Source of the DNA: Candidatus Rokuibacteriota bacterium | GTDB lineage: Bacteria; Methylomirabilota; Methylomirabilia; Rokubacteriales; CSP1-6 | Assembly (NCBI GenBank): GCA_003220225.1 | Contig: QHRU01000040.1 | Location: 19,666 to 83,665 of the forward strand | Reading direction: 5' to 3' | Length of the DNA stretch: 64,000 nucleotides | Part shown: positions 1 to 10,014 of the stretch, in pieces | How positions within the stretch are numbered: position 1 is the first letter of the stretch | How the letters are laid out: every line of letters starts with the position of its first letter | Notes under the pieces: generated by a model | What the model was told of the DNA's origin: nothing | Database searches by the model: none | The model's input: the letters and a program-made list of their open reading frames with translations, nothing else | Translations under genes and position numbers: made by a program

Positions 1-3000
1 CAGATGATCGCCGAGAAGTCGCTCACCCTCGAGCCCAGCGTGCGCCGCTCGATCGTGCTGCCGTTCGCCCACCAGGGCGGCGGCACCGTCACCGCGAAGA
101 TCGGCGTGAACGACGACCTCGCCACCGACAACGTCGCCTACGCCGTGATCCCGCCGCCCAAGAAGATCGCGGTCACGCTGGTGAGCCCCGGCAACCTCTT
201 CCTCGAGAAGGTGCTGCGCACCGATCCCACGGTGGCCCTGGAGGTGAAGACGCCCGAGCAGTACCAGGGCGGCATGGGTGAGGCCGACGTGGTGGTGCTC
301 GACTCGTCGGCGCCGCCGAAGGTCGGCCCGGGCCGCTACGTCTTCGTCAACACGGTGCCGCCCGACGTGCCGCTCGAGGTGCTCGGCCGCATCGAGGCGC
401 CGACGGTGATGGACTGGGACCGCTCGCACCCCGTCATGCGCCACGTCGAGTTCGCCAAGGTGGCCATCCAGGACGCGATGCGCGTGCGGCCGCTGGCCGC
501 CGGGCGCGCGCTCGTGGAGGCGGTCGGCGGGCCGCTGCTCTACGCGCTCGAGGAGCCGGACCGCAAGGCGATCTTCATCGGCTTCGACCTCTTCAAGACG
601 GACTTCCCGCTGCGCGTGGCCTTCCCCCTGATCCTGTCGAACACGCTGCGCTGGCTGCACCCGGCCGCGCTCGATCAGTCGAGCCTGCAGCTGGCGGCGG
701 GCCAGCCGATCCTGCTGCCGGTCGCCCACGGCATCTCCTCGGCCACCGTCAACACGCCGAGCGGGCGCGCGGTGAAGGCGCTGATCACCCGCGGCGTCGT
801 GTCGTTCACCGACACCGACGAGGTCGGGGTCTACACGCTGTCGACGGCGCGCGGCGACATGAAATTAGCGGTGAACCTCGGCGACGGTGACGAGTCCGAC
901 ATCACGCCGCATCCGCTGCCCGCGCCGCCGGCGCAGGTGACGGCGGCGTCGCCGCCGGTGCCGATCCAGCGCGAGCTGTGGCCGCTCTTCGTGCTGGTGG
1001 CCGCCGTGCTCCTCGCGCTCGAGGGCGTCCTCTACTGGCGCCGGCAGACGGGCGGCCGCCTGCGCGTGCCGTCGGTGACCGGCGATCAGTGGGCGCTGGC
1101 GCTTCGCGGCGCGCTCGTCGTCGTGCTGCTCGTCACGCTGCTGCGGCCGACGCTGCCACGCTGGGTGGACCGCCTCAACGTCGTCTTCCTGCTCGACCAC
1201 TCGGACAGCGTGAGCCTGGTGGCCCGCGAGCGCGCCTATCGCTTCGTGGCCGAGGCCGTCAAGCACCTGAAGAGCGGCGACCGGCACGAGGTGATCGTGT
1301 TCGGTGAGGAGGCGGTGGTGGACCAGCCGCTCTCCAACCGCCCGAGCGTGGACCGGCCCAAGGCGGTGGTGAGCGGACGCGGCACCAACATCTTCCAGGC
1401 GATGCAGCTGGCGCTGGCGACGGTCACCCCGGGCCACGCCAACCGACTCGTGATGCTGACCGACGGCCGCCAGAACGCGGGCAACGCGCTGGCGGGCGCC
1501 CAGGCCGCCAAGGACGCGCGCGCGGACATCTTCTACGTGCCGGCGCCGCTGACCTTCACGCAGGAGGTCGTCGCGGAGGCGATGCTCTTGCCGCAGGAGG
1601 TGAAGTACGGCGAGCCGTTCCAGGCCAAGGTCGTGGCCTGGAGCCTCAAGGAGACGCAGGCGCGGCTCTCGCTCTTCCGCAACGGCGAGTTCCTCGGCTC
1701 GCAGATCGTGCGCCTCACCGCCGGCAAGAACGTGTTCGCCTACCGCCAGGCCCTGGACCAGAGCGGCATCCACGTCTACCAGGCCGCTCTCGACGTGGAG
1801 GGCGATACCATCGAGGACAACAACCGCGCGGTGGGCACCGTCGTCGTCCGCGGCCGGCCGCAAGTCTTGCTCGCCGACCGCGACCGCTCGCACGCCTCGT
1901 CGCTGGCGGCCGCGCTGCGCTCGCAGAACATCGAGGTCACCGTCGTCGAGCCGCCGGGGATCCCGAAGGACGTCGCGGGGCTGCAGAAGTACGACGGCGT
2001 CGTGCTCTCCAACGTGTCGTCCCTCAAGCTGACGCGGCCACAGATGGCGCAGATCCGGGACTACGTCCGCGACCACGGCGGCGGCCTCATGATGATCGGC
2101 GGCGAGGAGTCGTTCGGCCTCGGCGGCTACTACCGCACGCCCGTCGAGGAGGCGCTGCCGGTCACGATGGAGGTCAAGCAGAAGGTCGAGATCCCGAGCC
2201 TGGCCGTCGTGCTGTCGATCGACCGCTCGGGCTCGATGGCCATGTCCACCGACGAGAAGGTGACCAAGCTCGACCTCGCCAAGGAGGCCGCCCACCTCGT
2301 GGTGGACCTGCTCGACGAGCGCAACGAGGTCGGCGTGATGTCGTGGGACACAGAGTTCATCTGGGACTCGCCGATGCGGGGCGCACGCGACAAGGGGGCC
2401 ATCCACCACGCCATCGCCACCATCAAGGCGGGCGGCGGCACCGACGGCTACCCGGCGCTCAAGGAGTCGTACCAGATCCTCTTCGACCGGCCGGCCCTCC
2501 TCAAGCACGTCATCTTCCTGTCCGACGGCCAGATGACCCGCGGCGACTTCGCGGGCCTGCTGCGGCGCATGGCCAAGGACAAGATCACGGTGTCCACGGT
2601 GGCCATCGGCAAGGACGCCGACGTCCAGCTCATGGTCGACATCGCCAAGTGGGGCAAGGGGCGCTTCTACTACACCGAGGACTCGCAGACGATCCCACGC
2701 ATCTTCACGCTGGAGACGCAGCTGGCCTCCAAGGCCTCGCTGGTGGAGCAGCCCTTCAAGCCGCAGCTCACCGCGCCCAACCACGAGGCCATGCAGGACA
2801 TCAACTGGAAGGCGGTGCCGCCGCTCGGCGGCTACGTGGCCACCACCGTGAAGCAAAACGCCGAGCTGGTGCTGATGAGTCACCAGGAGGATCCCGTCCT
2901 CGCGACGTGGCGCTACGGGCTCGGCCGCGCGGCGGCGTTCACCTCGGACGCCAAGTCCAAGTGGGGCGTCCTCTGGCTGCGCTGGGGCGACTTCAACAAG

Positions 3001-3618
3001 TTCTGGGCGCAGCTCACGCGCTGGACCCTGCGCAGCGGCTCGCGCTCGGATACCACGGCGATCGTGCAGCGCATCGACCAGACGGGCGAAGTGGTCGTCG
3101 ACGCGGTGGACGGCAAGGGCGAGTTCATCAACTTCCTCGACTCGCAGATCGGCGTGGTCGCCCCGAACCGGGAGCGCAGCGTCGTGGACCTCGAGCAGAT
3201 CGGCCCCGGCCGCTACCGCGGCCGCTTCCCGGCGCCGCAGGAGGGCGTGTACCTGGTCGGAATGGCACAGCGGAAGGCCGAGCGCGTGGTTGGCTCGCAG
3301 CTGGCCGGCCTGGTGGTACCGTATGCTCAAGAGCTTCGCGATCTGGGCGTGGACGAGACGCTGTTGCGAGAGCTGGCGGAGCTGACGGGCGGCTCGGCGC
3401 TCCAGGAGCCGCAGGACGCGTTCTTGAAGCTGCGGCGGCGCTCGCGGATCGCCGTCGAGATCTGGCCGTGGCTGGTCGGGATCGTGGCGCTCATGATGGT
3501 GCCTGATATCGCCCTCCGCCGCGTGGGGCCGGGGGGCCTGTCGCGGATGAGGGGCTGGCTGAGCCGGAGGCTGCGCCGGGCCACGCCGGTGCCGGAACGA
3601 GGGGAGGAGGGCGCCTGA
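1..3618 (+). CDS. vWA domain-containing membrane protein with two vWA domains (BatA/BatB-like), 5' partial
   Basis: ORF runs to window edge with no upstream stop; two vWA/MIDAS-like segments (VVFLLDHSDSVS... and LAVVLSIDRSGSMAM...GGGTDGYPAL); internal TM pair and C-terminal TM helix; stop overlaps next start (TGATG). Confidence 0.6.
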   Translation, partial: QMIAEKSLTLEPSVRRSIVLPFAHQGGGTVTAKIGVNDDLATDNVAYAVIPPPKKIAVTLVSPGNLFLEKVLRTDPTVALEVKTPEQYQGGMGEADVVVLDSSAPPKVGPGRYVFVNTVPPDVPLEVLGRIEAPTVMDWDRSHPVMRHVEFAKVAIQDAMRVRPLAAGRALVEAVGGPLLYALEEPDRKAIFIGFDLFKTDFPLRVAFPLILSNTLRWLHPAALDQSSLQLAAGQPILLPVAHGISSATVNTPSGRAVKALITRGVVSFTDTDEVGVYTLSTARGDMKLAVNLGDGDESDITPHPLPAPPAQVTAASPPVPIQRELWPLFVLVAAVLLALEGVLYWRRQTGGRLRVPSVTGDQWALALRGALVVVLLVTLLRPTLPRWVDRLNVVFLLDHSDSVSLVARERAYRFVAEAVKHLKSGDRHEVIVFGEEAVVDQPLSNRPSVDRPKAVVSGRGTNIFQAMQLALATVTPGHANRLVMLTDGRQNAGNALAGAQAAKDARADIFYVPAPLTFTQEVVAEAMLLPQEVKYGEPFQAKVVAWSLKETQARLSLFRNGEFLGSQIVRLTAGKNVFAYRQALDQSGIHVYQAALDVEGDTIEDNNRAVGTVVVRGRPQVLLADRDRSHASSLAAALRSQNIEVTVVEPPGIPKDVAGLQKYDGVVLSNVSSLKLTRPQMAQIRDYVRDHGGGLMMIGGEESFGLGGYYRTPVEEALPVTMEVKQKVEIPSLAVVLSIDRSGSMAMSTDEKVTKLDLAKEAAHLVVDLLDERNEVGVMSWDTEFIWDSPMRGARDKGAIHHAIATIKAGGGTDGYPALKESYQILFDRPALLKHVIFLSDGQMTRGDFAGLLRRMAKDKITVSTVAIGKDADVQLMVDIAKWGKGRFYYTEDSQTIPRIFTLETQLASKASLVEQPFKPQLTAPNHEAMQDINWKAVPPLGGYVATTVKQNAELVLMSHQEDPVLATWRYGLGRAAAFTSDAKSKWGVLWLRWGDFNKFWAQLTRWTLRSGSRSDTTAIVQRIDQTGEVVVDAVDGKGEFINFLDSQIGVVAPNRERSVVDLEQIGPGRYRGRFPAPQEGVYLVGMAQRKAERVVGSQLAGLVVPYAQELRDLGVDETLLRELAELTGGSALQEPQDAFLKLRRRSRIAVEIWPWLVGIVALMMVPDIALRRVGPGGLSRMRGWLSRRLRRATPVPERGEEGA

Positions 3619-4955
3619 TGGCTCGACGCTGGATGCTCGTCGCGGTCCTGGCGTGCTGCGGGCTCGTCGCGGTGGTTCCCGCCCAAGCCGCGGTCAAGCC
3701 GCGGACGATCCTCGTCGTGCCCTTCGAGACCAATGGCCTGTCCGCCGACGAGCAGTGGATCGGCGAGGGCGCCGCCCAGGCCGTGGCGCTGGGTCTCGTG
3801 CAGTCGGCCGCCTTCGTCCAGGTCGACCGGGCGCGGCTGCGCGCCTTCGGCCAGCCGGAGGCGTGGGGCGAGGCCACCGTGCTCCAGGCCGCGCGGAGCC
3901 TGCGCGTCGACGCCGCTCTCTACGGCCGCGTCGCCCGCACCAACAACGAGCTGGTGCTCCAGCCCAGGATCCTCGAGCTCCGGAGCGGGAGCGGCGACCC
4001 CGTCTCCATGGAGCCGGTGACCGTCGCCGACGGAGACCTGATCGTCCGCCTCGCCGCGCTGCCGACCGCCTACGCGCGCACGCTCAAGGTGCCGCTCACC
4101 GACGCCGACGTGCGTCGAATGGAGAGGTCGGCGGCGCCGACGAAGTCCGTTCGCGCGTTCGAGCTGTTCGCGCGCGCGCAGATGGCGGCCGCGCGCGGCG
4201 GCCAGGAGGCCAACGAGAACGCGGTGGACCTGCTCTCGCGCGCGATCGAGGTCGACGCCAACTTCGTCGTCGCGCAGTACACGCTCGGGGCCGTGCACCA
4301 GGCCCTCGGCAATCGCTGGAAAGCGGCCGCGCAGTTCCGCGCCGCCACCCAGCTCGACGCGACGTACCCGGAACCGTACAAAGCGCTCGGTGATCTGTTC
4401 CTGGCCGCGCCGCGGCGACTCTTCGACCAGGCGGTGGAGGCCTTTAACAAGGCCATCGAGCTGCGTCCCTTCTACGCCGACGCCCACGTCGGCCTCGGCG
4501 ACGCCCGCGCGGCGAAGGGCGAGATCGACGGCGCCATCAGCGCCTACCAGAAGGCGCTGACCTACAACGCGATCAATCCCAAGGTCTACATGAGCCTCGG
4601 CAAGATCTACTACGCCGAGAAGGGCCTCTACTACGAGTCCGTGCAGGCGTACCGGCGCGCGATCGATCTCGATCCCCACTCCGTCGACGCGCGCATGGGC
4701 CTCGGCGAGGTCTACGAGGACAAGGGCCTCTACAAGGAGGCGGTCGAGGAGTATCGCAAGGTGATCGAGCTCGACGACAAGAACACCGGCGCGCTCTACA
4801 ACCTGGCCCTCGTCTACGAGAAGACGGATCCCAAGGAGGCCATCGTGCAGTGGGAGAAGTACATCACGCTGGCCTCCCAGCTCCCGTCCGAGAAGGACTG
4901 GGTGGACGTGGCCCGTCAGCACCTGCGCAAGCTCAAGGGCCAGATCAAGGAGTAA
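3618..4955 (+). CDS. TPR-repeat protein with N-terminal signal peptide (BatC-like)
   Basis: Signal peptide MARRWMLVAVLACCGLVAVVPAQA; multiple TPR-like repeats (AxxxYxxAlxldP patterns); translationally coupled to upstream vWA gene. Confidence 0.6.
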   Translation: MARRWMLVAVLACCGLVAVVPAQAAVKPRTILVVPFETNGLSADEQWIGEGAAQAVALGLVQSAAFVQVDRARLRAFGQPEAWGEATVLQAARSLRVDAALYGRVARTNNELVLQPRILELRSGSGDPVSMEPVTVADGDLIVRLAALPTAYARTLKVPLTDADVRRMERSAAPTKSVRAFELFARAQMAAARGGQEANENAVDLLSRAIEVDANFVVAQYTLGAVHQALGNRWKAAAQFRAATQLDATYPEPYKALGDLFLAAPRRLFDQAVEAFNKAIELRPFYADAHVGLGDARAAKGEIDGAISAYQKALTYNAINPKVYMSLGKIYYAEKGLYYESVQAYRRAIDLDPHSVDARMGLGEVYEDKGLYKEAVEEYRKVIELDDKNTGALYNLALVYEKTDPKEAIVQWEKYITLASQLPSEKDWVDVARQHLRKLKGQIKE

Positions 4956-4965
4956 CTGCGAGTCG

Positions 4966-5955
4966 GTGGACGAGCTCAGGAAAGACCCGACACGTGGGCA
5001 GTGGGTGCTCATCCGACCGAAAGGCGCGTGGGTGCCGGACGCGCCCTGCCGCTACTGCCCCGGCGCCGAGCACCTGACCGGAAGCGAGATCGCCGCCTAC
5101 CGCAAGGACGGCTCGCTCGCCAACGCCCCCGGCTGGACGGTGCGCGTGGTCCCCGAGGCCGACGCCTACTTCCGCATCGAGTGGGAGCTGGTCCGCGAGG
5201 GCGTCGGCATGTTCGACATGATCACGCCGCGCGGCGCCAGCGAGCTGATCGTCGAGTCACCCAACCACGACGACACGCTGGCCACGATGGACCCCGACCA
5301 GATCGAGGGCGTGCTCTGGATGTACCGCGACCGTCTCCTCGACCTCAAGCGCGATGGCCAGATCCGCGACATCCTCATCAACCGCCACCACAAGAAGCCC
5401 GGCGTTCCGCCCCACCATCCGTATTCCCGGGTCACCGCGATCCCGATCGTGTTCGACGAGACGCGGCGCGAGCTGTACCAGGCACGGGAGTACTACCAGT
5501 ACAAGCGCCGCTGCCTCTACTGCGACATGCTCCGCCAGGAGATCGCCGCCGAGGAGCGCGTGGCGAAGCTGATGCCGGGCTTCGCGGCGCTCGTGCCCTA
5601 CGCCTCGCGCACGCCGGGTGAAACCTGGATCGTGCCGCGCCAGCACGGCTGCTCGTTCGAGGACGCGCTGACCGCGGAGACCGGCCGCGACCTCGCGCGG
5701 CTGCTCTCGAGCTACTTCCGGACCCTTGCGCGCGCCTTCGGCGATCCCGGCTACGAGCTGGTGCTGCACACGGCGCCGAATCTCCGCTCGCGCATCCTCC
5801 AGGGGGACTGGGCGACGATCCGCGACGACTACCACTGGCACATCGAGATCGTCGTCCACCCGGAGCGCGCCAACACCGTCGGCGGCATCTTCATCAACGA
5901 AACCCCGCCCGAGCAGGTCGCCTCCGAATTGCGCCGAGCCTTCGACAGCCCGTAG
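4966..5955 (+). CDS. GalT-family (galactose-1-phosphate uridylyltransferase-like) HIT-superfamily nucleotidyltransferase
   Basis: 329 aa; CxxC zinc motif (CRYCPGAEH) and HxH (HWHIEIV) typical of GalT-like branch of HIT superfamily; GTG start. Confidence 0.45.
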   Translation: MDELRKDPTRGQWVLIRPKGAWVPDAPCRYCPGAEHLTGSEIAAYRKDGSLANAPGWTVRVVPEADAYFRIEWELVREGVGMFDMITPRGASELIVESPNHDDTLATMDPDQIEGVLWMYRDRLLDLKRDGQIRDILINRHHKKPGVPPHHPYSRVTAIPIVFDETRRELYQAREYYQYKRRCLYCDMLRQEIAAEERVAKLMPGFAALVPYASRTPGETWIVPRQHGCSFEDALTAETGRDLARLLSSYFRTLARAFGDPGYELVLHTAPNLRSRILQGDWATIRDDYHWHIEIVVHPERANTVGGIFINETPPEQVASELRRAFDSP

Positions 5956-6017
5956 GAGTCTGTCGGAATATGGAGGGGCGCCACGGCTTCGCCGGGGCGT
6001 CCCGAGCGCTTGGGGGT

Positions 6018-6042
6018 ATGGGGGCCATTTCGGGGCCCCCAT
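6018..6042. terminator. Perfect 9-bp inverted repeat hairpin between convergent genes (bidirectional terminator candidate)
   Basis: ATGGGGGCC-N7-GGCCCCCAT between GalT-like stop (5955) and gdh stop (6047). Confidence 0.45.
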
Positions 6043-6046
6043 GTCA

Positions 6047-7309
6047 TCAGGGGTAGAGGCCGCGCACCTTGTAGCCTTCGGCGACACGCTTGATGCCTTC
6101 CATCAGCGCGGCTGTTCGCAGGTCGACGCCTTCCTTGGAGCCGAGCGCCCACACCCGATTGAACGCGCGCGTCATGACCTCTTGCAGCCGCGCGGTGATC
6201 TCGCTCTCGCGCCAGAAGTAGTACTGCAGCCCCTGCACCCACTCGAAGTACGAGACGACGACGCCGCCGGCGTTGCAGAGGATGTCGGGGATCACGGTCG
6301 CGCCGCGCTCTCGCAGGATCACGTCGGCCTCGGGCGTCGTCGGGCCGTTGGCGCCCTCGGCGACGATGGAGGCCTTGACCCGGTCGGCGTTGCCTTCGTG
6401 GATCTGGCCGCCGACGGCGGCCGGGATCAGCACGTCGCACGGCTGGGTGATGAGGTCCGAGTTGCTGATCGGCTCGCTGCCGGGGAAGCCGGTGACGGAG
6501 CCGGTCTCGGCCACGTGCGCCTCGAGCTGGCGGATGTCGATGCCGTCCGGCTTCCAGATACCGCCCTTGACGTCGCTGATGCCGACGATCGTGCAGCCCT
6601 CCCGCCACAGCAGCCGCGCGGCCACGGCGCCGACGTTGCCGAAGCCCTGCACGACCACCTTGCGCCCGCGCAGCTCCTGGCCGAGGTGACGCGCCGCCTG
6701 GTAGAGCGTGTAGACGATGCCGCGTCCGGTGGCCTCGCGGCGGCCGGCCGAGCCGCCGACGATGAGCGGCTTGCCGGTGACCACGCCGGGTACGCTCTTG
6801 CCCTGGGTCATCGAGTACGTGTCCATCATCCAGGCCATCGTCTGCTCATCGGTGCCGAGGTCCGGGGCGGGAATGTCCAGGTCCGGGCCGATCATGAGGA
6901 TGATCTCGGCGGTATAGCGTCGGGTGAGGTTCTCCTTCTCCTGCATCGAGAGCTTGCGGGGATCACACCGGACGCCGCCCTTGGCCCCGCCATAGGGGAG
7001 GCTCATCAGGGCGCACTTCCAGGACATCAGCATCGCCAGGGCGCTGACCTCGCCCAGGTCCACGTCCGGGGCGTAGCGGAGCCCCCCTTTGGTCGGTCCG
7101 AGCACCGTGTTGTGGTGAACCCTGTAACCCACGAATACTTCGGTCTTTCCTGAGTCCATCCGGACGGGGATCGACACCACCAGGGCGCGGCGAGGGTAGC
7201 GGAGCCGCCCGTGGATGTCGGCGTCGAGCCCGAGCCGGGCGGCTACCCGGTCCAGCTGGGCGATAGCAGTGCGGTGCAGCTCGGAGTCGAACTCTGAATT
7301 CGCGTTCAT
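6047..7309 (-). CDS. gdhA: Glutamate dehydrogenase (Glu/Leu/Phe/Val dehydrogenase family)
   Basis: 420 aa; GGAKGG glycine-rich motif, Rossmann GFGNVG, full-length similarity to bacterial GDH. Confidence 0.85.
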   Translation of the reverse strand: MNANSEFDSELHRTAIAQLDRVAARLGLDADIHGRLRYPRRALVVSIPVRMDSGKTEVFVGYRVHHNTVLGPTKGGLRYAPDVDLGEVSALAMLMSWKCALMSLPYGGAKGGVRCDPRKLSMQEKENLTRRYTAEIILMIGPDLDIPAPDLGTDEQTMAWMMDTYSMTQGKSVPGVVTGKPLIVGGSAGRREATGRGIVYTLYQAARHLGQELRGRKVVVQGFGNVGAVAARLLWREGCTIVGISDVKGGIWKPDGIDIRQLEAHVAETGSVTGFPGSEPISNSDLITQPCDVLIPAAVGGQIHEGNADRVKASIVAEGANGPTTPEADVILRERGATVIPDILCNAGGVVVSYFEWVQGLQYYFWRESEITARLQEVMTRAFNRVWALGSKEGVDLRTAALMEGIKRVAEGYKVRGLYP

Positions 7310-7324
7310 CGAAAGCCCTTTCCG

Positions 7325-7353
7325 TTGACAGCGCGCTAGCGAGGTGGCAGAAT
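7325..7353 (+). promoter_or_regulatory. Sigma70-like promoter upstream of iscR (TTGACA-N17-CAGAAT with TGn)
   Basis: TTGACA at 7325-7330, 17-nt spacer, TGgCAGAAT at 7345-7353; followed in 5' UTR by TCGCCGAT-N7-ATCGGCGA palindrome (7367-7389). Confidence 0.4.
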
Positions 7354-7427
7354 CCGACCGAAACAGTCGCCGATCGAAATCATCGGCGATACAATGGGAG
7401 TCGCGAAAGGCAAGGACAGGTCACCGA

Positions 7428-7856
7428 ATGCTCCGATTCACCAAGCGCGCCGATTACGGGTTGATGGCGATTCATTATATCGCCGTCAACGACGGCTTCG
7501 GCGCCGTGAGCGCCAAGCGGATCGCCGAGGAGTTCGCGATCCCGCCGGAGCTCATGGCCAAGATCCTCCAGCGGCTGGCCAAGCAGCGGCTGGTCGTCAG
7601 CACCAACGGGCCCAAGGGCGGCTACGCGCTGGCGCGCCGGCCGACCGAGATCACGGTGGGCCAGGTGATCCGAGCGCTGGAGGGGCCGATCAACATCGTC
7701 TCGTGCCTGGAAGATTCCGAGTGCCCGCAGATGGAGAAGTGCAACCTGCGGCGACCCGTCCACAAGATCCAGGCGGCGATCACGCAGGTGCTGGACACCA
7801 TGAGCCTGGCCGAGCTGACGAGCGCCGACGTGCCGGAACTGCTGTCGATCAGGTAG
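7428..7856 (+). CDS. iscR: Rrf2-family Fe-S cluster regulator IscR
   Basis: MLRFTKRADYG N-terminus, Rrf2 wHTH, three-Cys cluster motif CLEDSECPQMEKC; first gene of isc operon; ORF-track start 7344 likely over-extended. Confidence 0.8.
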   Translation: MLRFTKRADYGLMAIHYIAVNDGFGAVSAKRIAEEFAIPPELMAKILQRLAKQRLVVSTNGPKGGYALARRPTEITVGQVIRALEGPINIVSCLEDSECPQMEKCNLRRPVHKIQAAITQVLDTMSLAELTSADVPELLSIR

Positions 7857-7992
7857 TGCGAGCCGGAGGACGTCGCGGGGCTGGGGCCCCCGCCGTCCGA
7901 GGCGAGCTTACGAACAGGTAGTGCGAGCCGGAGGACGTCGCGGGGCTGGGGCCCCGCCGTCCGAGGCGAGCTTACGAAGAGGGTAGAGCACG

Positions 7993-9219
7993 ATGGGGCT
8001 GAAGTTTCCGATCTTCATGGACGCGCAGTCGACGACGCCGTGCGACCCGCGCGTGGTCGAGGCGATGCTGCCGTACTTTACCGAGAAGTTCGGGCACCCG
8101 GCCAGCCGCAACCATCCGTTCGGATGGGAGGCGGAGGGCGCGGTCGACGCCGCGCGCGCCAAGATCGCCACGCTGATCGGCGCGCGCGATCCGAAGGAGC
8201 TCGTCTTCACCTCGGGCGGCACCGAGGCGATCAACCTCGCCCTCAAGGGCGTGGCCGAGATGTACAAGGAGAAGGGCAACCACATCGTCACCACCGTCAT
8301 CGAGCAGCGCGCGAGCATCGACACGTTCAAGCGCCTCGAGCGGCAGGGGTTCCAGGTGACGTACGTGCCCGTGCAGCCCGACGGGGTCATCGACGTCGAG
8401 GAGATCCGCAAGGCGCTCACGGACAAGACGATCCTGATCTCCGTGATGTTCGCCAACAACGAGATCGGCACCATCCAGGACGTCGCGGCCATCGGCAAGC
8501 TCGCCAAGGAGAAGGGGATCATCTTCCATACCGACGCCACGCAGGCCGTCGGCAAGATCCCCGTCGACGTCGAGGCGATGGGCATCGATCTCCTGTCGTG
8601 CACCGCGCATCTCATCTACGGCCCCAAGGGCGTGGGCGCGCTCTACGTCCGGCGCAAGGGCCCGCGCGTGCGGATCGCGCCGATGATGGACGGCGGCGGC
8701 CACGAGCGCGGCATGCGCTCGGGGACCCTGCCGGTGCCGCTGATCGTCGGGTTCGGCAAGGCCGCGGAGATCTCGCGTGAGGTGATGGCCGAGGAAGGTG
8801 CGCGGCTGGCGAAGCTGCGCGACCGGCTCCAGGACGTGATCCTCTCGAGCGTGGAGGAGGCGTTCCTGAACGGCCGGCCGGACCGCCGGCTGCCCCAGAA
8901 CCTGAACATCTCCTTCGCCTACGTCGAGGGCGAGTCGGTGCTGATGGGGCTGAACAAGGAGACCGCGCTGTCGTCCGGGTCCGCGTGCACCTCGTCGACG
9001 CTGGAGCCCTCGTACGTGATCGCGGCGCTGGGCGCCTCCGCGGAGCTGGCCCACTCGTCGATCCGCTTCAGCCTCCATCGCTTCACGACGGCGGAGGAAG
9101 TCGAGTACGTCGGGCAGCGCACGATCGAGGTCATCAAGCGGCTGCGGGAGATGTCGCCGCTCTACGAGCTGGCGAAAGAAGGCGTGGATATCAAGACCAT
9201 CAAGTGGAAGGCCGACTAG
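7993..9219 (+). CDS. iscS: Cysteine desulfurase IscS
   Basis: 408 aa, near-colinear with E. coli IscS (SSGSACTS active-site Cys loop, PLP Lys region HKIYGPKG). Confidence 0.9.
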   Translation: MGLKFPIFMDAQSTTPCDPRVVEAMLPYFTEKFGHPASRNHPFGWEAEGAVDAARAKIATLIGARDPKELVFTSGGTEAINLALKGVAEMYKEKGNHIVTTVIEQRASIDTFKRLERQGFQVTYVPVQPDGVIDVEEIRKALTDKTILISVMFANNEIGTIQDVAAIGKLAKEKGIIFHTDATQAVGKIPVDVEAMGIDLLSCTAHLIYGPKGVGALYVRRKGPRVRIAPMMDGGGHERGMRSGTLPVPLIVGFGKAAEISREVMAEEGARLAKLRDRLQDVILSSVEEAFLNGRPDRRLPQNLNISFAYVEGESVLMGLNKETALSSGSACTSSTLEPSYVIAALGASAELAHSSIRFSLHRFTTAEEVEYVGQRTIEVIKRLREMSPLYELAKEGVDIKTIKWKAD

Positions 9220-9231
9220 GGGGATATCGCG

Positions 9232-9642
9232 ATGGCGTACAGCGACAAGGTAGTCGACCACTACAACAACCCGCGCAACGTCGGCTCCTTCGGCAAGGAG
9301 ACGCCGGGCGTGGGCACCGGGCTCGTCGGGGCGCCGGAGTGCGGCGACGTGATGAAGCTGCAGATCAGGGTCAACCTCGAGACCGGCGTCATCGAAGATG
9401 CCAAGTTCAAGACCTTCGGCTGCGGCAGCGCGATCGCCTCTTCGAGCCTGGCCACCGAGTGGCTCAAGGGCAAGACGATCGACGAGGCGGCGAAGATCAA
9501 GAACACCGACATCGTGAACGAGCTGAAGCTTCCGCCGGTGAAGATCCACTGCTCGGTGCTGGCGGAAGACGCCATCAAGGCGGCGCTCGCGGACTACAAA
9601 GAGAAGCACGCATCGGTGCCGAGCGGCGCCGCATCGAAATAG
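9232..9642 (+). CDS. iscU: Fe-S cluster scaffold IscU
   Basis: 136 aa; GAPECGDVMKLQ, LPPVKIHCS motifs diagnostic of IscU. Confidence 0.9.
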   Translation: MAYSDKVVDHYNNPRNVGSFGKETPGVGTGLVGAPECGDVMKLQIRVNLETGVIEDAKFKTFGCGSAIASSSLATEWLKGKTIDEAAKIKNTDIVNELKLPPVKIHCSVLAEDAIKAALADYKEKHASVPSGAASK

Positions 9643-9657
9643 GGGAGGAACCGAGTC

Positions 9658-9987
9658 ATGGCGGTCGTGTTGTCGGAGGCGGCGGCGAAGCAGGTGAAGG
9701 AGCTCAAGCAGGCGCAGAACCTGCCCGAGACGGCGTTCCTGAGGATGGGCGTGCGCGGCGGCGGGTGCTCGGGTATGTCGTACGTGCTGGAGTTCGACAC
9801 CGAGAAGAGCCCGCACGACAAGGAGTTCGACATCGACGGCGTGAAGGTCGTGATCGACAAGAAGAGCTACATCTATCTGAACGGCACGACCCTCGACTAC
9901 GTCACGCAGGGGCTGACGGGCGGCTTCACGTTCGTGAACCCGAGCGCGAAATCGTCCTGCGGGTGTGGAACCTCGTTTTCCGCGTGA
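9658..9987 (+). CDS. iscA: A-type Fe-S carrier IscA
   Basis: 109 aa; GGGCSG and C-terminal CGCGTSF motifs. Confidence 0.85.
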   Translation: MAVVLSEAAAKQVKELKQAQNLPETAFLRMGVRGGGCSGMSYVLEFDTEKSPHDKEFDIDGVKVVIDKKSYIYLNGTTLDYVTQGLTGGFTFVNPSAKSSCGCGTSFSA

Positions 9988-10014
9988 CACGACGGTAGTC
10001 CGCCGGCGGAGTTT

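Noticed and set aside
865-5012. Long minus-strand ORFs (865-3330, 3327-5012) and nested plus-strand ORFs antisense to the vWA and TPR genes
   Set aside because: They overlap strongly supported plus-strand genes, have Arg/Gly/His-rich low-complexity translations and no recognisable domains.
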